IMG/VR virus record: IMGVR_UViG_3300036761_001135
Span: 104,689-168,688 of that record
DNA: 64,000 bases
Source: a virus
Direction: 5' to 3' (one strand)
Every line of letters starts with the position of its first letter. Position 1 is the stretch's first letter. A program made the position numbers and the translations under genes. This document shows, in pieces, positions 38,942-47,528 of the stretch. The notes below the pieces were generated by a model. The model made no database searches, had not been told where the DNA came from, and saw nothing but the letters and a program-made list of their open reading frames with translations.

Positions 38942-39538
38942 ATGAATGTATCGACCGACTTCGTGGGGCGACACCTGATCGTGGACGCCTCGACCTACAA
39001 CCGGCGAAACCTGACGTCCACGGACACCATCTTCTCGCTGTTCGAGTCGTTGGCCCGCAACCTGGACATGACCCTGATCATCCCGCCCATCGTATGTCGG
39101 TATCCGTTTGCGAACAGCGAGCTTGAGAACTTCTGCCACAGCGTGGAGCGCGATCTTGAGAAGCAGGTGCCGCAGCCGGACCTGGCCTCTATCCGCACCA
39201 TGCGGCAGTTTTTAGCGCGGCGGCAGGTGGAGGAGAGCGGTGTCACGGGAATCAGCGTTTGGGCGGAGTCGCATTGCGCGATCCATACCTGGGACGCGGA
39301 CAACTATTTCGCGTTCGACGCCTTCTCGTGCAAGGACTACGCGCCCAAGGACGCCCTGCGGCTGCTGCTGAACCACTTCGACGTGGAGATGCTGAACTGC
39401 ATCAACCTGATCCGGCACCAGCGGAGCGTGCCGACGCTGACGAACTTCCAGGTCAACACGAACTGGGACGTGCTGGTGGCGGGGGTCAAGATCGGTGAAC
39501 TCGACACAGTGGACTTTGACAGGATGGTGGCACAATGA
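38942..39538 (+). CDS. speD: S-adenosylmethionine decarboxylase proenzyme
   Basis: GRHLIVD..GVTGISVWAESHCAIHTW..FDAFSCK; ESH self-cleavage/pyruvoyl site. Confidence 0.92.
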   Translation: MNVSTDFVGRHLIVDASTYNRRNLTSTDTIFSLFESLARNLDMTLIIPPIVCRYPFANSELENFCHSVERDLEKQVPQPDLASIRTMRQFLARRQVEESGVTGISVWAESHCAIHTWDADNYFAFDAFSCKDYAPKDALRLLLNHFDVEMLNCINLIRHQRSVPTLTNFQVNTNWDVLVAGVKIGELDTVDFDRMVAQ

Positions 39539-40047
39539 AGACAATGAGATCGATTTTTGAGGCGGCAGAGACGAGCCAGGCAAGGCTGACGGACAAGTTG
39601 GTCGCGCAGTTCTGCGTGGGGACCAGCGGGGTTGCGGAGCGTATGGCCAGGACGGGGCAGCAGGTCGAGGGTAAGGAATTCGCGTTCCTCCAGAAGCAGA
39701 ATGTTCGGAATGTATCGAAATACTGGACCGTGACCCGACTGCCAGACGGGATCGAAGTGTTGGCGAAAGGGATCGAGGTGTCGGAGAAACTGACGCGGGG
39801 GAGCGATTTGAATCAGGGCTTACGCAACGATGACTACTGGACCGTGAAGGTGGTGTTGACCGCTGCGCGCAACGGGGTGGCGTTCAATGCGGAGTACGCA
39901 AGGGAAATGGACGAGGGGGGGAAGAAGCATATCGAGACCCTTCCGTGGCGGAATGTGCTGAGCGCCGATTCGGGGGATCTCGCGTATTATGTCATCGACG
40001 CGATTGACTGGATCTGGGACGAGATCCGCGACTACGTGAAGCCGTAG
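39535..40047 (+). CDS. Hypothetical protein with variant leader MKTMRSIFEAAE
   Basis: ATGA coupling. Confidence 0.75.
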   Translation: MKTMRSIFEAAETSQARLTDKLVAQFCVGTSGVAERMARTGQQVEGKEFAFLQKQNVRNVSKYWTVTRLPDGIEVLAKGIEVSEKLTRGSDLNQGLRNDDYWTVKVVLTAARNGVAFNAEYAREMDEGGKKHIETLPWRNVLSADSGDLAYYVIDAIDWIWDEIRDYVKP

Positions 40048-40063
40048 GGTAATTTACCGTGAG

Positions 40064-40924
40064 GTGACCATGCGATCTTTGATCCGACAGTTGGAAGAAG
40101 CGTCTGGGGCGCGCATCACAATCGACACTGGTCCATACGAGAAACAAATCCGAGAGAGATTGCAGGATCTGTTCGATTACGTCATGGACAAATACAATGA
40201 CGAGCAGGCGGGGAGGCGGCAACCGCATCCTCGCATGGGTCCGACGGAGAAGCCAGACTGGGACGTTGACAAAGAGGTTGCGAGGATTATTGAGGAGTCC
40301 CGCAAGGAAATTCAGACGCTGGTGCGACAGGTGGAAGCGGCGCTCGGTCGGTTGGAGAGTTGGGACAGCGGGATGCCGATTGTGATCCGTCCGATGCCTG
40401 GCATGGACGAAGTGTTTCACGATCAGATCTCTATAGATCCAGCAAAGAACATCGCGGTGGAGATGGGGACGGGGAGGGACAAACCTGGGTTTACGTTGTT
40501 CTTCGATGGCACCATTGACGACGTTCTGGACGCCGGAGACCGTGACTTTTTCCGCGATCCGGCGGTGGAGACGGACTACTTCAACATTGTAAGTGAAATC
40601 GAAAAGCCGGGCAGTACGAAGCGGGCTGCGGGTAAGGTTGTCACAGTTTACACGGCGCGGCCGATTCGGGACAGAGCACAATATGAGCGTGCGACGACGA
40701 TTCCGCATGCGGTGTTCCTGACCAATGATCTCGATACGGCGGTAGGCTATGCGCATGACCTGAGTGGTAGTGGTGGTCGAGACATCTACCGCATTCGGAT
40801 CGACGAGCGGCATCTGCGGGTGACATTGCAGAGTGGGCGCGTTCGTGAGTACCAAGTGATTGGCACGACAGGGAAGGTGCCCGTGGTAGAGATCGAACTG
40901 GTTGATATGATTTCAGCTCGGTAA
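40064..40924 (+). CDS. Tagged protein with ADP-ribosyltransferase-like C-terminal domain
   Basis: MRSLIRQLEEA leader; VTVYTAR..VFLTNDLDTAVGYA..IYRIRI..REY. Confidence 0.55.
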   Translation: MTMRSLIRQLEEASGARITIDTGPYEKQIRERLQDLFDYVMDKYNDEQAGRRQPHPRMGPTEKPDWDVDKEVARIIEESRKEIQTLVRQVEAALGRLESWDSGMPIVIRPMPGMDEVFHDQISIDPAKNIAVEMGTGRDKPGFTLFFDGTIDDVLDAGDRDFFRDPAVETDYFNIVSEIEKPGSTKRAAGKVVTVYTARPIRDRAQYERATTIPHAVFLTNDLDTAVGYAHDLSGSGGRDIYRIRIDERHLRVTLQSGRVREYQVIGTTGKVPVVEIELVDMISAR

Positions 40925-40960
40925 AATAGCGCGTACTGCTATCAAGGAGCTTTTGAACCA

Positions 40961-41332
40961 ATGAGACATCTTCTGCGACGGCTAGAAGAGGCCACGGACG
41001 CGCCTTTGGCGACGATCACGGTGCGGGTGGTGGACGGCGCGCAGGCGCGGGCGCAGGACCAGTCGTTCGCGGTAGGCGGGCACCACGAGGTGTACCCGTG
41101 GATTCCACAGGACGAGGTCTGGATCGAGCGTGGGTCGGATGGGCCGGACCGCACGGCGATCCTTGTCCACGAGCTGGTGGAGTGGGCGCTCATGCGGTGG
41201 GATGGGCTGGCCTACGACCGGGCGCACCAATTAGCCAACGCGGCGGAGGAGGCGGTGCGGTTGCGGGTCGGGGTGAAGGACGGGGAGACGCGATCTGCTC
41301 CGGCGGGCCTGCCGGTGGGAGAGGGCAAGTGA
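40961..41332 (+). CDS. Tagged small metal-binding protein (HExxE..H)
   Basis: MRHLLRRLEEA; GGHH..Y..IP.DEVWIE..LVHELVE..AH. Confidence 0.7.
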   Translation: MRHLLRRLEEATDAPLATITVRVVDGAQARAQDQSFAVGGHHEVYPWIPQDEVWIERGSDGPDRTAILVHELVEWALMRWDGLAYDRAHQLANAAEEAVRLRVGVKDGETRSAPAGLPVGEGK

Positions 41333-42624
41333 TGCGACAGCTCATTCGACGCTTGGAAGAGGCGGCTCCGGCTCCTGGATCCAAGGAGTGGCTGGCAGGG
41401 GTCAAGAAGTGGTGGGGGCAGTGGGTTGAAGACGCTGATCGGATTTCAAAAATTCGAGATCAACAGGATCGTCGGCAGGTTCGGGCGTGGTTTGTCGATG
41501 GTGAGAAGCGTTTGAACATGCTTGTGGACGTTTTAGTACGTCGGGCGAATCTCGTAACAGCGCCAGCCCTGGCGAGTATTACGACGGGGGACGACAACCG
41601 AGAGTACAAAGATGGAGTGGGGCGTTTGAAGGTGCCGCGCTCATATAGTGTGCTTGGATTCAAGGTTAAGCCTGAGCCAGGGGATTTAGTGCATTCGCAC
41701 TTGCAGGCGGCTTTGGATTCATTGGGCAATGTGCAGGATCATGAGCAGGATCGCTGGGTAGACATGCAAAGACGCCCGGATGAGAGGGACTGGGGAACGA
41801 CGGGCGATTTAGACGAGTGGCAAGCTTACTTGGAGATTATGCCGCATAACATTTCTGGAGTTGATGCGGACGTGCAGGCGGCGATGCGTAAGTTTGCAAT
41901 GCAAATGAAGTCGGAACCTAATCGGGAGAGCGTCATAAACGACGCAATTCCGTTGGATTATGATTTGGGTGGCATGAAAGTGCTTACCAACCCTGGGTCA
42001 TTGAGTAGTCTGTATTCTGCTGTCACTGGGGATGAGCAGGACGATATGGAAAATGCGATGGTGGATGCTGCCACGTCGAAGGAGGTTCGTGCCGGGTTGA
42101 TGCTGGCACAGAGAGCATTGGAACAGCGTGGTTTTGGTAAGGTTTGGCATGGAAAAATCTATGTGTTGCCACCTCGTCTGGCGGCTACTTTTACGAAAGC
42201 TAAGACCAGGCAGTCATTCTTGTCTGGCGGTCATTACGATCACAGCAAAGATATTGTTGTTATAAATCCAAGGCATAACTGGAAGGCAACGACCATCTCC
42301 GAGATCGTGGTACACGAACTAGGGCATCGCTACTGGTACAGATTCATGAAGGCGGGCGCGCGGGCGCGATTTGCGGCATGGTTCGACCCACGCACCAAGG
42401 CGGAACAAGATCGAGCTGGAGCGAAGTCCGAGTATGTGCCAGCGCCGACGGCGTATGGATCAGAGAGTCCGGTCGAGGAGTTTGCAGAGACCTTCGCAGC
42501 CTACGTGCTGGGAAAATACGAGGGCATAACGCTGACGGGGCCACAGAAGGCACGGTTCGAGGCGTTGGCCCTTGGTAGGGCAGCACAGAGCGAAGACGTG
42601 GAAGAGGCGCTGGGCAAAGACTAG
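41332..42624 (+). CDS. Tagged zincin-like metallopeptidase
   Basis: MRQLIRRLEEA; VVHELGH (HExxH) plus downstream PTAYG..EEFAE.F. Confidence 0.8.
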   Translation: MRQLIRRLEEAAPAPGSKEWLAGVKKWWGQWVEDADRISKIRDQQDRRQVRAWFVDGEKRLNMLVDVLVRRANLVTAPALASITTGDDNREYKDGVGRLKVPRSYSVLGFKVKPEPGDLVHSHLQAALDSLGNVQDHEQDRWVDMQRRPDERDWGTTGDLDEWQAYLEIMPHNISGVDADVQAAMRKFAMQMKSEPNRESVINDAIPLDYDLGGMKVLTNPGSLSSLYSAVTGDEQDDMENAMVDAATSKEVRAGLMLAQRALEQRGFGKVWHGKIYVLPPRLAATFTKAKTRQSFLSGGHYDHSKDIVVINPRHNWKATTISEIVVHELGHRYWYRFMKAGARARFAAWFDPRTKAEQDRAGAKSEYVPAPTAYGSESPVEEFAETFAAYVLGKYEGITLTGPQKARFEALALGRAAQSEDVEEALGKD

Positions 42625-42706
42625 CCATGACGTCCTCGACGCGGCATACTGGCTGCCTGATGGTGTTGTCACCCCGCTGTGAGGCGGTCGAGCAAGGAGT
42701 ATCCCC

Positions 42707-43087
42707 ATGACCGAGCAGTACAAGGCGTTGAACTATGCGGACGGCATGCGCGGGCTGCTGCGGTCCCTGGAGGAAGCCCTCACGGGGCGCTACACGTTCG
42801 TGTTCAAGCCGGTGAAGGAGCGCGTGGGGGCGACAGGCCCGGACAAGACGCTGATCGCGCACCCCACCAAGAAGGTGAGCGTAGAGATCTATTACTACGA
42901 GAAGCCGGATCGGTGGAGCGCGACGATCTTCGATGGGGATGCCGAGGAGGAGTTCACACCGGACTACATCGTGGGCGGCCAGGCGTTCGCCAAGGGGCTC
43001 ACGCAGTCCGAGGCGGAAGAGGCGGCGATTGAGATCACGTTGAAGTACCTGGGGGACAAACGACGCAAGGGCTGGCGGGAGCCGTAG
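42707..43087 (+). CDS. Tagged hypothetical protein (MRGLLRSLEEA at residue 14)
   Basis: AAGGAG RBS. Confidence 0.75.
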   Translation: MTEQYKALNYADGMRGLLRSLEEALTGRYTFVFKPVKERVGATGPDKTLIAHPTKKVSVEIYYYEKPDRWSATIFDGDAEEEFTPDYIVGGQAFAKGLTQSEAEEAAIEITLKYLGDKRRKGWREP

Positions 43088-43115
43088 GGGCGGAGAGCGT
43101 TCGACGGCGATCCGA

Positions 43116-43271
43116 TCACAAGCGCAGGTGTCCCAGATTCCCCGTGAGCAGTAGGATGAGCAGGATGAGCATGATGATGCCCAGGGGGGACCAGCCGAGG
43201 GGATGGCCTTGTATCCCGCCGAAGAGGGCCACGACGATCAGGACGATGACCAGGATGACCAGTATCGACAT
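43116..43271 (-). CDS. Small two-TM membrane protein, DUF3309-like
   Basis: MSILVILVIVLIVVALFGGIQGHPLGWSPLGIIMLILLILLLTGNLGHLRL; GAAAGGAG RBS; not in the ORF track (51 aa). Confidence 0.75.
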   Translation of the reverse strand: MSILVILVIVLIVVALFGGIQGHPLGWSPLGIIMLILLILLLTGNLGHLRL

Positions 43272-43300
43272 GCCGTACTCCTTTCAGCTCGCCTGGTAAC

Positions 43301-43309
43301 AGTGTAGCA
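43301..43309 (-). promoter_or_regulatory. Extended -10 promoter for the DUF3309-like gene
   Basis: TG-C-TACACT on the minus strand, adjacent to the palindrome copy at 43312. Confidence 0.5.
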
Positions 43310-43311
43310 CG

Positions 43312-43325
43312 CGAACCTGGGTTCG
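43312..43325. repeat. Dispersed palindrome copy 9
   Basis: CGAACCTGGGTTCG in a divergent intergenic region. Confidence 0.9.
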
Positions 43326-43396
43326 TGTGGTTCTCACCAATCGGCAGCGGTGGCATGTCCGGGGTGGCAAACGATATTTTGTGATAAACTTGGGGG

Positions 43397-43774
43397 ATGA
43401 AAACGTTGACCTTGAAGACGCGACCACCCAAGAGCCCACCGGAGAATTGCGGAAGCGGAAGCGGAGAGTGTACCGACTTCTTTCTACGCATTACTGAGAC
43501 GATGGAGGCGATCCGTGAGGAACAGCGGACTCTACGTCGAAGTGTACTGGCCATGGAGGGGAGGTTGGCGACCTTGGAGGTACAGGGCCAAAAGCTGGGA
43601 CATCAAATCCGGCAGTCGGACATGGTCTCTCGCCAGTTGCCTGTGATGCAGGAACGTGCGGTAGAGAAGTTGCCCCAACGGTCGGGTGCGCCGTTCATCG
43701 GAATTGTGATAGGGGTTGCGATAGTGGTTGTTATCGTGCTTGCTGCTTGGATCGGGCTGTTCAATGGGTTCTAA
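43397..43774 (+). CDS. Coiled-coil protein with C-terminal TM anchor
   Basis: 125 aa, hydrophobic C-terminus. Confidence 0.7.
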   Translation: MKTLTLKTRPPKSPPENCGSGSGECTDFFLRITETMEAIREEQRTLRRSVLAMEGRLATLEVQGQKLGHQIRQSDMVSRQLPVMQERAVEKLPQRSGAPFIGIVIGVAIVVVIVLAAWIGLFNGF

Positions 43775-43786
43775 AAAACATGGAAG

Positions 43787-43815
43787 TTGACGAACCATTT
43801 GCTATCGGTTAGATT
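43787..43815 (+). promoter_or_regulatory. sigma70-type promoter
   Basis: TTGACG-17-TAGATT. Confidence 0.7.
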
Positions 43816-43871
43816 TGGCGAGCGATGCCTGGCATGATGTTGGGCTGATACACAAGGAATTGGGTGAATCC

Positions 43872-44096
43872 ATGAGTGACGAGAGCACGGGAGAGAAGGC
43901 GGCTAAGGCTGCGGCGGCGGGTGCGGCGGGCGCAGCGGCTGGGTACGGCGTGGTTGCGGCTACGGGAATGACAGCGGTGGGCATGATGGGTGGTGGCGCG
44001 GGTATTGGTGCGGCGGCCGGGCCGGTGGGCGCGGCAGCCGGAGCCTTGTTTGGCCTGGCAAGCTACGGTCTCTATCGGTTGTTCGACAGCGATTGA
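43872..44096 (+). CDS. Glycine-zipper small membrane protein
   Basis: GAAGAAAG..GAGIGAAAGPVGAAAGALFG. Confidence 0.7.
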   Translation: MSDESTGEKAAKAAAAGAAGAAAGYGVVAATGMTAVGMMGGGAGIGAAAGPVGAAAGALFGLASYGLYRLFDSD

Positions 44097-44106
44097 GAGG
44101 TCACGG

Positions 44107-44850
44107 ATGGCGCGACGTTTGAAATATGTGCAGACAGATCAGTTGGACATCTTTGCACCTGCACCGCCTCTTCCAAAGCCGATTGTGACGGTGCCGCAGG
44201 AAGTTGTGCAGGAGCCACCTACACCTGAACCACCGTTGGTCAAGGCACTTGTAAATGGCGAGACAGTGTTGACAGGGGAGGGATGGAAGCCGATTGAGAG
44301 TACCATGATTGGAGATCGTGTTGCTGGGGCTGACGGGGCGCTCCATGTCGTGACAGGAATCTATCCACCCATCTGTGCGGCGTTGCCAGAGTCGATGTTG
44401 AACGTGGCGGTTGAGGTTGTCGTTCCAGATGTGATAATCGAGCCACATGTTGAGACAGTTGCAGATGTGGATTCTGTAGCGAGTAGTGCTGAAGCCGTGA
44501 TAGCGATGGCTATCGCACGGTGGGAGACCTTAGTTCACTTGTGGGAAGGTGGAACGCCAGAGGTGTGTGCTCCCTACGTTGGGAATGCGGAAGGAAATCG
44601 CCCGTGGAAGGCGCGTTGGATGTCTACTGCCGATGCCGAGCGCGTGCTTGCGATGGCTCAGTACACATTGCATTGCCATCACGAGGGGCCGTTTCCGGGA
44701 GGTGGAGGACCACGTCGTGCGAAGGTTTGGAGGCGTGCCGACTCGGACAAGAGGACGTTTGCGGCTCCACTGGCAGTGGTTGCTGTTGAGTTGGGCGTGC
44801 CAGAGCTGTTGGATTCCATCGCCGTGGCCCGTCGGAATCCTGTTCCTTGA
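44107..44850 (+). CDS. Hypothetical protein containing an N-terminal intein (Hint) fragment
   Basis: GAGG RBS; QLDIF; KALVNGETVLTGEGWKPIE..IGDRVAGADG..VTGIYP. Confidence 0.65.
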   Translation: MARRLKYVQTDQLDIFAPAPPLPKPIVTVPQEVVQEPPTPEPPLVKALVNGETVLTGEGWKPIESTMIGDRVAGADGALHVVTGIYPPICAALPESMLNVAVEVVVPDVIIEPHVETVADVDSVASSAEAVIAMAIARWETLVHLWEGGTPEVCAPYVGNAEGNRPWKARWMSTADAERVLAMAQYTLHCHHEGPFPGGGGPRRAKVWRRADSDKRTFAAPLAVVAVELGVPELLDSIAVARRNPVP

Positions 44851-44854
44851 CACG

Positions 44855-44882
44855 TTGACGAACACACGCCAGCGGTTAAATT
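44855..44882 (+). promoter_or_regulatory. sigma70-type promoter
   Basis: TTGACG-16-TAAATT. Confidence 0.65.
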
Positions 44883-44934
44883 AAGGGCAGATTCCTGGCG
44901 TTGATGCCAGGTGAGGTGGACCAAGGAGAAGCAC

Positions 44935-45240
44935 ATGGAAATCAGGAACGAGGCAGAGGCGCGGGCCTGGGTGCGCGCGTGGCAGCAGGACGGCGGACTT
45001 CGGATCGGCATCCTGAAGGCGGCGATGGACGGGATGCGGACGTGCGTGGGGCTGACCTACAAGACGCCGGACACGCAGGCGGCGTACCAGGCGGCGCTGA
45101 CCTACCTGGACGGGGTGCTGGCCGAGCTGGAGATCCAGCGGGAGCAGGCGGCGCGCGATTACGAGCGCATGGAAGAGGCGAGACAGGACTTGGCGGAGGC
45201 CCGGACGGACCGGATCTCGAACGGGTATCGAAACTGGTAA
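44935..45240 (+). CDS. Hypothetical helical protein
   Basis: AAGGAG RBS. Confidence 0.75.
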   Translation: MEIRNEAEARAWVRAWQQDGGLRIGILKAAMDGMRTCVGLTYKTPDTQAAYQAALTYLDGVLAELEIQREQAARDYERMEEARQDLAEARTDRISNGYRNW

Positions 45241-45250
45241 AGGAGAAGTT

Positions 45251-45580
45251 ATGAGCGACGAAAATGAAGCTGAAATGAATCCAAATGAAGTAGTAGAGGC
45301 ATTTGCTGTTCTATGCCCAGAGTGCCTAAAGATGGGAAGACGTAGTGAATACAATACGTCTGCTGTGCTATATGTACACTACACAGAAGAGTGGATACAT
45401 AGCCTTGTAATAGATTGTGATGACACTTCTGATCATGTAGTGAAGATTGAAGGGGCTTGGACCAATCCGATAGTCAAAGATGTATTGGCGCGGTTTGGTC
45501 TAACGAAGCGCAAGATCATGGCAGAGCATGCAAAACGAATGGCGAAGAAGGAGGTGCCCCATTTGCAAGCTGTTCACTGA
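45251..45580 (+). CDS. Hypothetical protein (low GC)
   Basis: AAGGAG RBS; CPEC. Confidence 0.7.
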   Translation: MSDENEAEMNPNEVVEAFAVLCPECLKMGRRSEYNTSAVLYVHYTEEWIHSLVIDCDDTSDHVVKIEGAWTNPIVKDVLARFGLTKRKIMAEHAKRMAKKEVPHLQAVH

Positions 45581-46685
45581 AATCAATCCTGGGCAGTCGG
45601 GATGGTACTGGCACGAGGGCCGCGTGATCGAGGTGGTGCGGCACGCGGACGGGACGTTGTGGGTGTTCTGGCGGGTCGAGGGGAAGGATCCCCGGTTGGA
45701 CTTCCCGACAGGCCCACGGTGCTCGTCGCCCGAGGAGGACAATGCACTGTATCAACGGTTGCTGGCGACGGATGATCGGCTTAGGACGACGGCACAAGTG
45801 CTCATCGAAGCTGTTGGAGCCGAGGGACCGTGCGATGCGGAAGACGCGGCGGCTCGTGCCGTTGAGCATCTCGAAAAGATGACGGAAGCGCGGGATGCGT
45901 TGGCGGCCAAGGCCAGTCGGTGGCAGGAGGAGTACGATCATCTCAAGGTGCTGTGGAATGAGGCGGCTGCCGTAGCCAGGAAGAATTGCCCGACTGCGCT
46001 TGGCGAGGACTATCTCATACATGGCGTGCCTCGGCTGGCGTCGCTACTGAAGGATGCGCAGATCGAGAACGAGCGGTTGCGTGGGGTGCTCCAACAGGAG
46101 AAGGCAGATCGTGAGAGGGCGTGGATTGCCAACTGGCGCTTCACGATCTCGGTCGAGTCCAGCGAGCCCCAGCGGCCGGGTCCGTACAACCGCGTCACTG
46201 CGATCATTGCGGACATCGGGCACGCGGATCGCGGCGTGATCCTGGATCCCGAGGTGCCGTTGGTGCCCGCCAGCGATGTGGTCGCGTTGAAGGCCGAGGT
46301 CGAGCGGCTCCAGGGGGCGCTAGATGCGGAGAAGGCTTACTACGCCTGCCTCCAGGGGGAGTTTAATCGGGCGGTGGCGTTGGCGCAGGAGCACTGTCCC
46401 AAGCCGGAGTTGGGGCAGTCCTGGTTGATGGCGGGCATCCCCTTGTTGGCCCAGCGGGCGGCGGCGCTAGAGGTTGAGGTAGCGCGGCTCCAGGGGGAGC
46501 TAAGTGACGAGGAGTGCGATGCTGCCTACTGGCGGGAACAGGCTGCCAAGGCAGCCGCACGGGAGCGGGCGGCGATTGTGGCGTGGCTAAGAAGAGACGA
46601 AAATGAACTTAGACTTTTAGGAATGAGAACACTGACCTACAGAATTGAGCTGGGCGAGCACTGGCCCACGGAGGAGAAGCCATGA
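45528..46685 (+). CDS. Coiled-coil mosaic phage protein
   Basis: Repeated EVERL/ENERL coils; duplicated N.A.A.A..CP..LG..L..G.P.LA module; start is uncertain. Confidence 0.7.
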   Translation: MQNEWRRRRCPICKLFTEINPGQSGWYWHEGRVIEVVRHADGTLWVFWRVEGKDPRLDFPTGPRCSSPEEDNALYQRLLATDDRLRTTAQVLIEAVGAEGPCDAEDAAARAVEHLEKMTEARDALAAKASRWQEEYDHLKVLWNEAAAVARKNCPTALGEDYLIHGVPRLASLLKDAQIENERLRGVLQQEKADRERAWIANWRFTISVESSEPQRPGPYNRVTAIIADIGHADRGVILDPEVPLVPASDVVALKAEVERLQGALDAEKAYYACLQGEFNRAVALAQEHCPKPELGQSWLMAGIPLLAQRAAALEVEVARLQGELSDEECDAAYWREQAAKAAARERAAIVAWLRRDENELRLLGMRTLTYRIELGEHWPTEEKP

Positions 46686-47023
46686 AACAAGTACCATTGC
46701 TACCGATGATGTTGGTGGTGTTCGTGCTCGGCAGCGTGATTCTTGGCGCGGTATGTGGAAAGTGGGTACAGGCTGCGGACGATGAGGTTGCGGCGTTAAA
46801 GGAGAGTGTGTCCGATCTAGAGCAAGACCTAGTGGATTGTCAGATTCAGTTGCGGGGTGCGATGCTGGAATCGGACAAGCGCAAACAGGGTGCTCTCGGA
46901 GCAGCTAACATGGTGAAGGGTGAAGATGTGTATCTCAGATGTCCCGATGGAGAGCGATGCAGTCGCATCTTTCTGGATGCGGAGAACCGCGTGCAGATCG
47001 AGCCATATTTGGAGGAACCATGA
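46682..47023 (+). CDS. Membrane-anchored coiled-coil protein
   Basis: N-terminal TM; ATGA coupling. Confidence 0.7.
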   Translation: MKQVPLLPMMLVVFVLGSVILGAVCGKWVQAADDEVAALKESVSDLEQDLVDCQIQLRGAMLESDKRKQGALGAANMVKGEDVYLRCPDGERCSRIFLDAENRVQIEPYLEEP

Positions 47024-47526
47024 GCGAATGTGAGATCGAAAAAGACGGGGAGTATGTCGGGCGGTATGAGTGCGCGACGCATGGCGTTTGGTATTGCGAC
47101 TCGGACACAAAGCCCAAGGAGTCGTGTCCCGTCGGCGAGGCCGAAGAGGGATTGCGGCGCGAGGTAGAGCGGCTCACCAAGATGCTGGAGGTGTGTTCCG
47201 TTACGCATAGCCATAACGTGGAACTCAAGACCGAGGTCGAGCGGCTCAAGATCGAGACCTATTGCGGGGACCGTGGATGCGGTTTCCGTTTGGACGCGCC
47301 GGACGCGACGACGCAGATCGGGGCGCACATCGGGACGTGTTCCAAACATCCGATGCGAGTTGTGGAAGCGGAGAGAGATGATCTGAAGCGCGAGGTGGCG
47401 CAGTTGCATGCCGAGATCTTCGGGTTGAAGCCGTATGTGTATCAGGCTGAGGAGTTGCAAGCCGAGCTGAGGAAGATTCGGGAGGCGGTCGCCGAAGGAG
47501 CGCCCTTCTTGTTCTTGCCGGAGTAG
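47020..47526 (+). CDS. Cys/His-rich coiled-coil protein
   Basis: GGAGG RBS; C..H, C...CG, HI..C..HP. Confidence 0.7.
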   Translation: MSECEIEKDGEYVGRYECATHGVWYCDSDTKPKESCPVGEAEEGLRREVERLTKMLEVCSVTHSHNVELKTEVERLKIETYCGDRGCGFRLDAPDATTQIGAHIGTCSKHPMRVVEAERDDLKREVAQLHAEIFGLKPYVYQAEELQAELRKIREAVAEGAPFLFLPE

Positions 47527-47528
47527 CC

